Shown piece after piece: positions 18,585 to 28,795 of a DNA stretch of 64,000 nucleotides. Where the stretch lies: the NCBI GenBank assembly GCA_963662285.2, contig CAXXMV010000002.1, forward strand, positions 224,001 through 288,000. Direction: 5' to 3'. Each line of letters begins with the position of its first letter. Within the stretch, counting starts at the first letter, position 1. A model generated the notes under the pieces. It worked only from the letters and a program-made list of their open reading frames with translations, had not been told where the DNA came from and did not search any database. Origin of the DNA: a bacterium (lineage in GTDB: Bacteria > Hinthialibacterota > Hinthialibacteria > Hinthialibacterales > Hinthialibacteraceae). Position numbers and translations under genes: made by a program.

Positions 18585-18715
18585 TATGCAAAAGATGTAG
18601 AATTGGTTTTATCTTCTACGTTGATTGTAGATAAAATATATAGAGATTAATAAGGTGGATCCAATCAAGGGCAGAAAGGACACTGCCCTTGCCACCCGTT
18701 TTGGTGGGATAATAG

Positions 18716-19174
18716 ATGAAGAAAATCCATTATTTGTTTGAAGAGCGATTTTTGATAGTTATTTTGATCATTCAGGCGCTTTTGGTTTGCGCCGGGGTGT
18801 TATCGCGGTTTGTTTTTAGCTGGTCGCTCTCTTTTACTGAAGAGATCACCCGGTATTCACTGATCTGGTTGGCATGCCTGGGGCTTTCGGCTGGATGCGC
18901 TCGAGATGAAATGATAGGTTTCAAGTGGCCGGGCCGGAAAAACAGGCTTAAGGCGGTCGTTTTTTTGTGGATTAGCCGCGTCGCCGCCGGGCTATTTGTC
19001 TTGGCGTTACTTGGTTCTTCTATTCAGATGATTAAGTTGCAGTGGAATTATAACCAGCTGACCAGCGTCATGGGTTGGCCGATTGTATGGGTAAGCGTCG
19101 CATTGCCAGTTGCTGCGGTTTTGGTGTTATTACGGCTGATTCCAAAATTTCAGGCGCCAGCTGATGATTATTAG
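18716..19174 (+). CDS. dctQ: TRAP transporter small permease
   Basis: 4 TM segments, VLSRFVF...SFTEEITRY motif; follows dctP. Confidence 0.85.
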   Translation: MKKIHYLFEERFLIVILIIQALLVCAGVLSRFVFSWSLSFTEEITRYSLIWLACLGLSAGCARDEMIGFKWPGRKNRLKAVVFLWISRVAAGLFVLALLGSSIQMIKLQWNYNQLTSVMGWPIVWVSVALPVAAVLVLLRLIPKFQAPADDY

Positions 19175-19180
19175 GAAGGT

Positions 19181-19690
19181 TTATAATTCTTTGGTATTTC
19201 CAAAAGACCGTATTATGCTGCGTCCGTCTTTCATGAATAAATAGAGCGTCCGGGGAATATTATTACCGCAATCTTCTGAGGTAATTTTCAAATTTAACTG
19301 TTTAAGAATATTTCTGGCGACATCATAATTGCGTTCTCCGATTTTAAAACAGTCTTTTTTATTGTCTGAAACGCAAGCGCCGGCGAGTTTGACTTGCAAC
19401 CGACTTTTTTCTGCGCCTAACTTGATTAGTTTTTGATAGAGAAAGGGGATGCCATCCTCAACGCTCATGGCTGGTTTGGCTAAATTAATTTCCTTTTCAG
19501 AAGAGGGTAATTTACAATGAATCATGCCGCCAATGCGCGATACTGGATCATAAAGAGAAAGCCCAAGACATGAACCTAGAGAATAAGTAACAATGATTTC
19601 TTTGGGATTAGCGCTGATTTGCATTTCTCCGATACCGATGGTTCGGATGAAATTCTTTTTTTCAAAGAGATGCAGAGACAATTTTTTCAT
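19181..19690 (-). CDS. cheD: Chemoreceptor glutamine deamidase CheD
   Basis: IGIGEM, LGSCLG (catalytic Cys), GGMIHCKLP, IGERN, EDCG motifs. Confidence 0.88.
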   Translation of the reverse strand: MKKLSLHLFEKKNFIRTIGIGEMQISANPKEIIVTYSLGSCLGLSLYDPVSRIGGMIHCKLPSSEKEINLAKPAMSVEDGIPFLYQKLIKLGAEKSRLQVKLAGACVSDNKKDCFKIGERNYDVARNILKQLNLKITSEDCGNNIPRTLYLFMKDGRSIIRSFGNTKEL

Positions 19691-19826
19691 CAAGAATACC
19701 TGTAAAACCTTTGTAATAGAGGCGTTTGGCGGTTAAGGCTTATTTAATGCATTATCATTATACCCGCTGTGCGATAAAAAACACGCATGCTAAGACCAAT
19801 GGGGAAGAATATGGAGAATATTTTCT

Positions 19827-21047
19827 ATGCGCCAGTTATTTAGATTAAATTATTTATTTTGTTGCTTAATTATAACCAGCTTGGTTTACGCAAATGATGA
19901 TGCAACCTATTGGAAAAGGCATGTCATAGACCATACATCCCAAGGCGCTGACGGCGTCAAGTTGGCGGACGCCAATGGCGACGGGCTGTTGGATATAGCC
20001 ACTGGTTGGGAAGAAGGCGGCGTGATCCGGGTGTATTTTAATCCGGGGCCGGAGAAAGCCCGTCAGCCATGGCCTAAAATTACGGTTGGCAACATCGCCT
20101 CTCCAGAAGATGCGGTTCTGGTTGATCTCAATGATGATGGACAAAAGGATGTGGTGAGTTGCTGCGAGGGCAATGTTTGTCAGGTCAATATCCACTGGGC
20201 GCCAGCTTGCCCTGTCGAATATGGCATCGAGACTACATGGAAAACAACGCCGATCCCCGTTACTCAGGGCATGGCGCAGTGGATGTTTTGCGTTCCAATG
20301 CAGGTTGACGGCAAGTATGGCGTTGATCTGGTTTTGGGTTCTAAAAACAAAAATGCTCAAGTCGGGTGGTTGGAAGCGCCCGCTGATCCTTCAAAAGTAG
20401 ACCAATGGAAATGGCATCCAATTATTGACGCCGGTTGGATTATGTCCATTATCGATATTGATATGGATAAGGACGGTGATAAGGATTTACTGGTTTCTGA
20501 CCGAAAGGGAGATGCGAGGGGCTGTTACTGGTTAGAAAACCCTGGAGTAGACAAAATAAATGATAAATGGATTCGACATTCCATTAGCGCCAGTGATAAA
20601 GAATTTCTGTTTCTTGATATATCTGATTTAAATGGCGATAACTGGCTGGATGTATTGGTAGCCGTAAAGCCTTCTGAATTTTTAATCTATTACGCGCAGA
20701 ATCCCGGTTTAACCAAATGGGAGAAGTCGGTTGTAGCGTTCCCTGATAATACAGGCCGGGGGAAAGCGGTGCGCGCCGGACGAATAAACCAAGATAGTAA
20801 TGTGGATATAGTAGTCTCCTGCGAAGGCGCTGAGGATGGAAAGCAGGGCGTCTTCTGGATGGAGGGCATGGGTAATGGCGCAGAGCCAAAATGGCGCTAT
20901 CATCCCATTAGCGGCCCTGAAGGAATTAAGTTCGACCTGATAGAATTAATCGACCTGGATGGCGACGGCGATCTTGATGTTCTTACCTGTGAGGAGCGGG
21001 ATAATCTGGGCGTTATCTGGTACGAGAATCAAATATCTGTTAAGTAA
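19827..21047 (+). CDS. Secreted FG-GAP/VCBS-repeat protein
   Basis: Signal peptide; repeated DxNxDGxxDV/I Ca-binding motifs and WLEN/WYEN repeat ends. Confidence 0.85.
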   Translation: MRQLFRLNYLFCCLIITSLVYANDDATYWKRHVIDHTSQGADGVKLADANGDGLLDIATGWEEGGVIRVYFNPGPEKARQPWPKITVGNIASPEDAVLVDLNDDGQKDVVSCCEGNVCQVNIHWAPACPVEYGIETTWKTTPIPVTQGMAQWMFCVPMQVDGKYGVDLVLGSKNKNAQVGWLEAPADPSKVDQWKWHPIIDAGWIMSIIDIDMDKDGDKDLLVSDRKGDARGCYWLENPGVDKINDKWIRHSISASDKEFLFLDISDLNGDNWLDVLVAVKPSEFLIYYAQNPGLTKWEKSVVAFPDNTGRGKAVRAGRINQDSNVDIVVSCEGAEDGKQGVFWMEGMGNGAEPKWRYHPISGPEGIKFDLIELIDLDGDGDLDVLTCEERDNLGVIWYENQISVK

Positions 21048-21078
21048 CTATTTTAATGTGATTAAGGAGAGAAAAGTC

Positions 21079-22032
21079 ATGTCTAGATTCATGGGTTTAT
21101 TGTGTTTACTATTGATTGCCTTTTGCGGCGTGGTTTACGCCCAGGATGCAGCGGTTGAAACTGCTGTTGACGCTGCTGCTGATGTAGTAAAAGAGGTTGT
21201 GGTAAGATCTATTCCCTCTTATCATACTATTCCTCTGTGGCCGGATAAAGTTCCAGGCAAATTAGAATCGGATGAAAAAGAATGGCCTACTTTGACTCTT
21301 TATCTTCTTCCTGAGGGAGTTGGAAACGGTTCGGCGGTGGTAATTTGTCCCGGCGGCGGCTATGGTCATCTGGCTATGGATCATGAAGGTCATCAGGTTG
21401 GGAGGTGGCTCAACAGCATTGGTGTTGCAGGCATTATTCTTCAATACCGTCATGCTCCAGATTATCATCATCCCATCCCCATGCAGGATGCTTTACGCGC
21501 GATGCGTACGGTTCGGCATCGCTCTGCTGAATGGAAGATTGATCCTAAGAAAATTGGAATAATTGGTTTCTCGGCTGGCGGACACCTGGCTTCGACGGTT
21601 GGAACTCATTTCGATGAAGGTGATAAAAACAGCGAAGACCCGATTGAAACAGTCAGTTCACGGCCTGATTTTATGATTCTGGGTTATCCGGTTATTACTT
21701 TCGGAAATGATTATCACCACGGCGGTTCTATGAGGAATTTAATCGGCGAGAATCCTGATCCATCGTTGATTGAGTATTATTCCAACCATTTGCAAATATC
21801 GCCTTATACGCCTCCGACATTCCTGGTGCATAGCAGCGACGATAAAGTTGTTCCAGTTGAAAATAGTCTTATGTTCTTTAAGGAACTTAGCCGGCTTTCG
21901 GTTCCCGCGGAGATGCATATTTACCAGTATGGCGGTCATGGATTCGGTCTTGGCCCCAAGGACCCTGTTTTGAACAGCTGGACCAAGCGCTGTGAAGACT
22001 GGATGCGTTATCTCGGTTTCTTGAATAAATAG
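21079..22032 (+). CDS. Secreted alpha/beta hydrolase (acetylxylan/feruloyl esterase-like)
   Basis: PGGGY oxyanion motif, GFSAGG nucleophile elbow, DKVV Asp, GGHGFG His; AGGAG RBS before ATG 21079. Confidence 0.88.
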   Translation: MSRFMGLLCLLLIAFCGVVYAQDAAVETAVDAAADVVKEVVVRSIPSYHTIPLWPDKVPGKLESDEKEWPTLTLYLLPEGVGNGSAVVICPGGGYGHLAMDHEGHQVGRWLNSIGVAGIILQYRHAPDYHHPIPMQDALRAMRTVRHRSAEWKIDPKKIGIIGFSAGGHLASTVGTHFDEGDKNSEDPIETVSSRPDFMILGYPVITFGNDYHHGGSMRNLIGENPDPSLIEYYSNHLQISPYTPPTFLVHSSDDKVVPVENSLMFFKELSRLSVPAEMHIYQYGGHGFGLGPKDPVLNSWTKRCEDWMRYLGFLNK

Positions 22033-22047
22033 ATTTGTTTCCCGATA

Positions 22048-22741
22048 ATGAAAAAACAACTGTTAATCACTACATCCATAATTGTACTACTCGGCGCCGC
22101 GGTTATTTTCAGCGGCGCCGGAGATAATTATACGGCGAAGGCAATGCGGGGCTGGACGGTTCAAGTGAATAACCAGCTATTGAATGCTGAAAAAGATTTA
22201 GGCGAAAAGGTCCTGGATTTGCTGGACGCCAAGCTGCTGGATATCAACCGCGTTATCCCTAATAAAGCATTGGAGCAATTGCATAAAGTTCAGATATGGA
22301 TTGATGTTGATGACGAAAATTATCCATGCGCCGTCTATCATCCTTCTGCCAAGTGGCTTTCTGAACATGGCATGGATCCGAGGAAGGCCCGGTCGGTTCA
22401 TATATCCAACGCAGCTAATTTTCTGAAATGGACTATCGAGCAACCGTCAATGGTTTTGCATGAACTGGCGCACGCCTATCATCATCAGGTTTTAGGCTAT
22501 GATAATCCGGTAATAAAGCAGGCTTTCAAAAAGGCGGTGGACGGGGGCGCCTATGAATCAGTTATGCGCTATAACGGCGAGATGCAACGCGCCCTACGCC
22601 CTCAACAATGATCAGGAGTATTTCGCAGAATTGAGCGAAGCCTTTTTTGGTGTTAATGACTTTTACCCGTTTGTAAAAGCGGAAGTCATGCAGCATGATC
22701 CTGATATGTATAAAGCCTTGCAGGAATTGTGGGGCGCGTGA
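22048..22741 (+). pseudogene. Secreted zinc metallopeptidase (HELAH; ATLF/MtfA-like) split by a single-base frameshift
   Basis: ORF 22048-22611 carries HELAHAYH. The third-ligand segment YALNNDQEYFAELSEAFFG lies in another frame (ORF 22553-22741). There is an extra C in cgc-gcc-c-tac at about 22592-22594. Confidence 0.75.
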
Positions 22742-22791
22742 TGCCTTCCTGCTGCATTTTAACGCCATTGCGTATTCTAAGGTTTTGATAA

Positions 22792-22931
22792 CAACCCCCT
22801 CTTGAATTCTCCCCCAACTTGGGGGAGAGAGATTTTGGGATTTAACCAGTTGTATTGTTTTGGCTTAGATATACCAAATACTGTGGATATACATTCCTCT
22901 CCCAAGATTGGGAGAGGTTAGGAGAGGGTTG
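22792..22931. repeat. Inverted pair of CCCTCTCC/GGAGAGGG-type palindromic units (BIME-like)
   Basis: The left unit caaccccctct...tctcccccaacttgggggaga and the right unit cctctcccaagattgggagaggttaggagagggttg face each other in an intergenic region. Confidence 0.7.
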
Positions 22932-23017
22932 ATACTTGCAATTTTCTCATAAGAATAACCAATAATACAGAGTTTACCTTTTCGGTAAGATACTTATTAG
23001 AATAACGAGGATTAATG

Positions 23018-24244
23018 ATGGCTTTTTCTTTTTCTGCGGTTGAAAATGGCGGCGTTACGACGCCTAAAGGTTTTAAGGCGGCTGGCGTAGCGGCGGGCAT
23101 CAAGTCTAAAGGAGCGTTGGACCTGGGATTTTTAATCTCGCAAGTACGTTGTCCGGTGGCAGGGGTTTTTACCACTAACCAACTTAAAGGCGCATCGTTG
23201 TTAGTTACCAGAGAGCATCTGGCGGATGGTTATGGTCAGGTGGTGATCGTCAATAGCGGCAATGCCAATGCCTGCACAGGCGAGCGGGGGCTGCTCGACG
23301 CCCGTGAAATTGCGCGTTATCTGGGACGGAAATTGGGAATTCCCGCGCAGGATGTTCTGCCCAGTTCGACGGGCGTCATTGGAGTCTTTCTTCCACTGCC
23401 AATTATCCGGGATGCGATTGACAAAGCGATTCCCCTGTTTGATGAAAATAGCGGGGCGGATATGTCCCGCGCCATTATGACCACTGATACAGTTCCAAAA
23501 ACTGCGGCCTACAAGGTTGTGGTGGATAACCGGTTATTCTCCATTGGCGGGACGGCTAAAGGCGCTGGCATGATTATGCCTAATATGGCGACCATGCTTT
23601 CCTATATTACGACCGATGTGCGCATCTCTCCAGAGAATCTCCAGATTTTTCTCAATAACGCGGTGGCCAAAAGTTATAACCGGTTGACCATTGACGGCGA
23701 CACCAGCTGCGACGACACCGTTCTGCTAATGGCCAATGGATTGTCGGATAGCACCGAAATTGCTCCTGGATGCGGCGAAGTTGCGGAAGCGTTTCAGGAA
23801 GCGCTTAATAAACTCTGCCTGGATTTGACGCTTCAGCTGGCGCGTGATGGTGAAGGCGTTACTAAAGTTGCGTATATCCGGGTGCGGGGGACGCGACGTG
23901 AGGAAGATGCATTGACGGCGGCGCGGTCAATCGCCAATTCGCCTTTGGTTAAAACCGCGATTCATGGCTGCGACCCGAATTGGGGACGAATTCTTACGGC
24001 TGCCGGGTATAGCGGAGTTGAATTTGATCCTGGCATAGTCGATTTATGGATCGGTAATGTTCAGGTTATGCAAAGTGGACGGCCTGCGAATTTTGAAGAA
24101 GAGGATGCCTACAATGTCATGAGAGGAACTGAATACGACATCGTAATCGACCTGCATCAAGGTGATTACGATGATTTTTATATCACCACCGATTTTTCAA
24201 AAGAGTATATCGATATCAATGCGGACTACCGGCATAGAACTTGA
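23018..24244 (+). CDS. argJ: Bifunctional glutamate N-acetyltransferase/amino-acid acetyltransferase ArgJ
   Basis: NSGNANACTG, STGVIG, IMTTDT, KGAGMIMPNMATML autoproteolysis site, RDGEG, DPNWGRI. Confidence 0.97.
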   Translation: MAFSFSAVENGGVTTPKGFKAAGVAAGIKSKGALDLGFLISQVRCPVAGVFTTNQLKGASLLVTREHLADGYGQVVIVNSGNANACTGERGLLDAREIARYLGRKLGIPAQDVLPSSTGVIGVFLPLPIIRDAIDKAIPLFDENSGADMSRAIMTTDTVPKTAAYKVVVDNRLFSIGGTAKGAGMIMPNMATMLSYITTDVRISPENLQIFLNNAVAKSYNRLTIDGDTSCDDTVLLMANGLSDSTEIAPGCGEVAEAFQEALNKLCLDLTLQLARDGEGVTKVAYIRVRGTRREEDALTAARSIANSPLVKTAIHGCDPNWGRILTAAGYSGVEFDPGIVDLWIGNVQVMQSGRPANFEEEDAYNVMRGTEYDIVIDLHQGDYDDFYITTDFSKEYIDINADYRHRT

Positions 24245-24383
24245 TGTGCAGACATCCGCATTTGGGTTTGGAGGTGTTAGTATATATCTATGTAGTTAAT
24301 AGACGTTAATAATAGTCAACAGATTTTTCGAAGCATTATTTTTGGTGCGGGGGAAATAATAAATCGCTTTGTGGAGGTATATA

Positions 24384-25490
24384 GTGAGTCTTTTTTCTAG
24401 TAGTAAATCAGATAATGAATCATTAAAAGAGAGTGTTCTTGCAGCATTAAAGACAGTAGATGATCCGGATTTGCACCGTGATTTGGTGTCGTTGGGTATG
24501 ATAAAAGACCTTAAGGTTGAGGGCGGCAAAGTTTCTTTTGCTATCGAATTGACCACTCCATCCTGTCCGATGAAAGAAATCATGAGGAGTGAATGCCAAG
24601 AGGCTGTTTCCAAGATTGAAGGCGTTAAGGATATTGAAATTGCCCTAACCGCCAATACCGCAGCTTTTCAAGCCGCGACAAAACCCGAACAACAGATGAT
24701 TCCGGGCGTAAAAAATATTATTGCTGTTTCCAGCGGTAAAGGCGGCGTTGGAAAATCCACGGTGGCGTCAAATTTGGCCATTGCCTTAAAGCAGACTGGC
24801 TCCAAAGTCGGTCTGATGGATGCTGATGCTTATGGACCCAATATACCTATGATGATGGGAGTTGCTTCAGAACCAGAGTCTGATGGTAAACAGATTTTTC
24901 CGCCCGAAGCTTATGGCATCAAAGTCATGTCGGTTGGTCTGGTTGCCAAGGGTGATACTCCAATTATCTGGCGTGGACCAATGCTGCACAGCGTGGTTCA
25001 GCAGTTTCTTTTCCAGGTCGCCTGGGGAGAACTTGATTACCTGGTGGTGGATATGCCTCCAGGCACGGGCGATGTTCAGTTGAGTTTGGCTCAACAAACT
25101 CCTATTGCCGGAGTTGTGATGGTAACCATGCCCCAGGAAGTTGCTCAGTCGGATGTCCGCCGGGCTATCCAGATGTTCCGGAAAGTTGGTGTTTCCGTAA
25201 TTGGCATTATCGAAAATATGTCATATTTCCTTTGCCCGGATAACGATAAGAAATATGAGATTTTTGGTTCAGGCGGTGGAGAGAAAATATCCAAGGAATA
25301 TGATATTCCACTTCTGGGCAAACTGGCTATCGATCCCCGCATCGCTAAAGGTGGAGATATTGGCAAACCAATTGTTTTATCAGATCCGGGAAGCCCTGCG
25401 GCAGAGGAGTTTGTTAAACTCGCTGGTTCAATCGCGCAGAAAGTCAGTATTGCCAATAAATTAAGAAAACCGCTTCCGATTGTTGGCTAG
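24384..25490 (+). CDS. mrp: Mrp/ApbC (NBP35) Fe-S cluster carrier ATPase
   Basis: DUF59 N-terminus (DPDL...LTTPSCP), SGKGGVGKS, WRGPM, DMPPGTGD; GTG start after GGAGGT. Confidence 0.93.
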   Translation: MSLFSSSKSDNESLKESVLAALKTVDDPDLHRDLVSLGMIKDLKVEGGKVSFAIELTTPSCPMKEIMRSECQEAVSKIEGVKDIEIALTANTAAFQAATKPEQQMIPGVKNIIAVSSGKGGVGKSTVASNLAIALKQTGSKVGLMDADAYGPNIPMMMGVASEPESDGKQIFPPEAYGIKVMSVGLVAKGDTPIIWRGPMLHSVVQQFLFQVAWGELDYLVVDMPPGTGDVQLSLAQQTPIAGVVMVTMPQEVAQSDVRRAIQMFRKVGVSVIGIIENMSYFLCPDNDKKYEIFGSGGGEKISKEYDIPLLGKLAIDPRIAKGGDIGKPIVLSDPGSPAAEEFVKLAGSIAQKVSIANKLRKPLPIVG

Positions 25491-25604
25491 TACTGTGTCC
25501 AACACATAATATCGGGTAACAAAATCCCTCTCCCTCAGGGAGAGGGTTGGGGTGAGGGGTAAATTCTAACAACTCTCTCCAAAATGAATTGGTCACACTA
25601 CTAG
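25487..25604 (+). mobile_element. MITE-like element, copy 1 (118 bp, CTAG-ended terminal inverted repeats)
   Basis: Left end CTAGTACTGTGTCCAA versus right-end reverse complement CTAGTAGTGTGACCAA; internal CCCTCTCCC-TCA-GGGAGAGGG palindrome; colinear with 47820-47939. Confidence 0.75.
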
Positions 25605-25657
25605 AGTGGATTGCTTTATTAACGAAATTGTTCAGCGGTAGTCCAGGAGATTAATTG

Positions 25658-26077
25658 ATGTCGGTTGAACTAACGCGGCGAACTCATTTCGCCGCTTCTC
25701 ATAGATTGCATAGCCCATATCTAAGCGATGAGGAGAATCGTGCTGTTTATGGGAAATGCAATAATCCGAATGGCCATGGGCATAATTATTATTTGGAAGT
25801 TACGGTTGAAGGAGAACCTGATCCCAAGACAGGGATGATTATCAATCTGTATGAACTGGATAAAATTATTGATCAGGAATTGATTAATCAAGTTGATCAC
25901 ATGAATTTGAATCATGACGCGCCCTTTATCAAAGATATAATTCCAACAGTTGAAAATTTAGTAGTCGCTTTTTGGGATTTCCTGGAATCCCGTTTGTCGC
26001 AGGTAAAGTTGAAAAAATTACGCTTATGGGAATCAGATAATAACTCTGCTACCTATTATGGTTCAAAAAATGAGTAA
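25658..26077 (+). CDS. 6-pyruvoyl-tetrahydropterin synthase family (QueD/PTPS), C-X5-HGH type
   Basis: [35 protein letters not shown]; overlaps folE. Confidence 0.9.
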   Translation: MSVELTRRTHFAASHRLHSPYLSDEENRAVYGKCNNPNGHGHNYYLEVTVEGEPDPKTGMIINLYELDKIIDQELINQVDHMNLNHDAPFIKDIIPTVENLVVAFWDFLESRLSQVKLKKLRLWESDNNSATYYGSKNE

Positions 26078-26717
26078 AATAATAAATCCCGCAAACCATG
26101 ATGATGACTTGGATTATCCTGAAAGTATTCAAGAAAATATTCCTTCTTCCGGGATCGATCCAATTCAAACGTTAACCCGTGAACTGCTTGTCAATATTGG
26201 CGTTGATCCAGACCGGGAAGGGCTGGTGAAAACTCCCGAAAGAGTTGCGCGAGCCATACGCTTTCTGACGCGCGGTTACGACCAGGATGTTGAAGGTATA
26301 ATTAACGGCGCCATTTTTGAAGAAGAATGCGATGAAATGGTGGTGGTCGCCAATATCGATTTCTTTAGCCTGTGCGAGCATCACATGCTTCCCTTTTTTG
26401 GAAAAGCCCATGTGGGTTATATCCCCAAAGGCAAAGTTATAGGCTTGTCCAAGCTGCCGCGCATAGTTGAAATATTCAGTCGGCGTTTGCAATTGCAGGA
26501 ACGGATGACAATGCAGATTGCGCAAGTAATTGAAGACGCAATTAATCCGATGGGAGTAGCCGTCGTTACTGAGGCGCAACATCTTTGCATGATGATGCGC
26601 GGAGTAGAAAAGGTTAACAGCAACACGGTAACCAGTTCGATGCGGGGCGTATTTAGAAAAAACCGGGGAACCCGTGAAGAATTTATGGAATTCATCCACC
26701 GGGGCACGTCGAGATAA
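26070..26717 (+). CDS. folE: GTP cyclohydrolase I FolE
   Basis: [47 protein letters not shown]. Confidence 0.97.
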   Translation: MSKIINPANHDDDLDYPESIQENIPSSGIDPIQTLTRELLVNIGVDPDREGLVKTPERVARAIRFLTRGYDQDVEGIINGAIFEEECDEMVVVANIDFFSLCEHHMLPFFGKAHVGYIPKGKVIGLSKLPRIVEIFSRRLQLQERMTMQIAQVIEDAINPMGVAVVTEAQHLCMMMRGVEKVNSNTVTSSMRGVFRKNRGTREEFMEFIHRGTSR

Positions 26718-26728
26718 AACAAGTCTTT

Positions 26729-28120
26729 TTATTTATTGGATGCTTCAGGATTCCGGGCGATCACTACTACGGATAAACCAAATGGAGTCTTAAAAAATCT
26801 TTCCATTCGTACTAATGGATGGAGCAAGGTAAAGAAGCGTAGTTGAAATTTAGGAAGCACTTTTCGCCGTAAGATGCGGCTGTTAAGAAACCAGCCCGGC
26901 ACGCCCCACATATTGAAGAAGAACGTCTCTTCCACTTCAAATCCTGCGTCTTTGATTTGCTGCAGTAATGCTTTTTTAGAATAACGCCGGTAATGATCAA
27001 GTCCCTTATCCAGGCTGCCATAAAGCGCCTTGAGTGAAGGAACCAGCAATATCAGTCTTCCTCCGGGGATCAGCAGCGATTTCATGTTTTGCAACGCCTG
27101 GTCATCATCTTCAATATGTTCGAGAACATTCAAGCATACTACGGTATCAAGATTGTATGATTTCAATTCATCGGATGGTTCTTTGGAGGCATCGAATTGA
27201 TGAATGCGCATACGGTCATTTTCAACAAATCTCTGTCGCATTGTATGCAGATGGTTTTTAGCGTAATCGGTAGCTACCACTATCTCGTTTCCCAAAAGAA
27301 AACGGGTGAAATTGCCTGCCCCCGAACCAATTTCTAAAATTCGTTTACCGATCAGATGAGCAACTCTTTGATGGAATATTTCATAATACTTATTGACGGA
27401 GGATAATCGGAATAATGTCTCTTCACCGATATCCATGGTGGTTAACCGGCATCGAATCAACCAGTAAATCAAGGCGAAGGTATCAGTCCATTTAAGCTTT
27501 TTGCCATCTTCATAAGTACGCCCGGCATACGAAACGGGGACTTCGTATACGCGCAGTTTCTTACGCAAAACTCTACCCGTAACTTCAGCTTCAAAACCAA
27601 ATCTATCAGCATTTAATTTGATGGATTTCAAAATATCAGCATCAAACATTTTGTAGCAGGTAGTCATATCGGAAAGAATGGTATTAAAAAGAATATTACA
27701 TAAGCCAGTAACGAGTTTGTTGCCTAAATAGTGAGTAAGATGAAAAACCCGGTGAGAACCGAGAAAACGGGTGCCAAATACCACATCCGCTTTATCAGAT
27801 TCAAATAGTTCAAGCATTCTGCCATATTCTTCGGGGTAATACTCAAGGTCGGCGTCCTGGATGACAACCACATCACCGCTGACATGCGGCAAGGCGGAAC
27901 GAATCGCCGCGCCTTTCCCCTCATTTTCTGTTTTATGAATAACTTGAACATCGGGAAGATTTTTATTTTCAATATCCCGCAGAATATCTCCGGTTCCATC
28001 AGTTGAACCATCGTTAACAATGATGAGTTCTTTATCGAAAGGAGTCCCCTGCACTCGTCGAATAATCTCGTCAATAGTGTTAAATTCGTTGTATACCGGG
28101 ATGATAATAGAAAGCCGCAT
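26729..28120 (-). CDS. GT2 (DPM1-like) glycosyltransferase fused to class I SAM methyltransferase
   Basis: IIIPVYNE, VNDGSTD, QDADLEY; C-terminal LEIGSGAG motif I and CLNVLEHIEDD. Confidence 0.88.
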   Translation of the reverse strand: MRLSIIIPVYNEFNTIDEIIRRVQGTPFDKELIIVNDGSTDGTGDILRDIENKNLPDVQVIHKTENEGKGAAIRSALPHVSGDVVVIQDADLEYYPEEYGRMLELFESDKADVVFGTRFLGSHRVFHLTHYLGNKLVTGLCNILFNTILSDMTTCYKMFDADILKSIKLNADRFGFEAEVTGRVLRKKLRVYEVPVSYAGRTYEDGKKLKWTDTFALIYWLIRCRLTTMDIGEETLFRLSSVNKYYEIFHQRVAHLIGKRILEIGSGAGNFTRFLLGNEIVVATDYAKNHLHTMRQRFVENDRMRIHQFDASKEPSDELKSYNLDTVVCLNVLEHIEDDDQALQNMKSLLIPGGRLILLVPSLKALYGSLDKGLDHYRRYSKKALLQQIKDAGFEVEETFFFNMWGVPGWFLNSRILRRKVLPKFQLRFFTLLHPLVRMERFFKTPFGLSVVVIARNPEASNK

Positions 28121-28249
28121 AGTAGTTAACGCTGTTATTTTTTTAGATAATTTCTTCGATATGCAATCTTAAATGATTTCTCTTTTTTACGAAATTGTTC
28201 TTAATCAAGAAACTATGTAATAGAATGTAAGAACTAAAAACTGTTTTTC

Positions 28250-28618
28250 CTAGATGATGCGAATGATCAGTGGATATCGATAACTAATTCCGTCATTGGC
28301 CTGAATAGACGCGTATATTGTACAAAAAGCCCAGAATATGAACAATAACATTAGCAAAGGCAATCCGATAATGAAAAGCAGTAACAGGCCGCAAAAGATA
28401 CTGTATATTGATACGCTTAATTGAAAATTAACCGCCTCTTTCCCTTGTTCATCTATAAACGATGAATCATGCCTTTTCAGGAGCCATAATATCAAGGGTG
28501 CAATTACATGTCCAAAAGGCGGGAGGATAAAAATAGCAAATCCCGCTAAATGGCAAAAGGTCGCCCAGTTGCTTTCTTCTCTAGTAATCTCTGAAGGAAT
28601 TCCTAAATCATTATTCAT
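28250..28618 (-). CDS. DUF4870 (Tic20-like) membrane protein
   Basis: WATFCHL, PLILWLLKR...EQGKEAVNFQ, YRYPLIIR; AGGAG precedes ATG 28618. Confidence 0.85.
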   Translation of the reverse strand: MNNDLGIPSEITREESNWATFCHLAGFAIFILPPFGHVIAPLILWLLKRHDSSFIDEQGKEAVNFQLSVSIYSIFCGLLLLFIIGLPLLMLLFIFWAFCTIYASIQANDGISYRYPLIIRII

Positions 28619-28795
28619 TCCATTCTCCTTGATGAATGGCATTATACTGTGTTTTTATTGCGCTGTACTGGGTTACGGCGATATGTTGAGAAAATTTTGG
28701 CCGGTTAGATTTTCTTTACTATATTCTATTATTGATATACGCTGAAAAGCATAATTCAATTTCGAAAAAAAGCTAAAAAATATAATAAAAAAATA

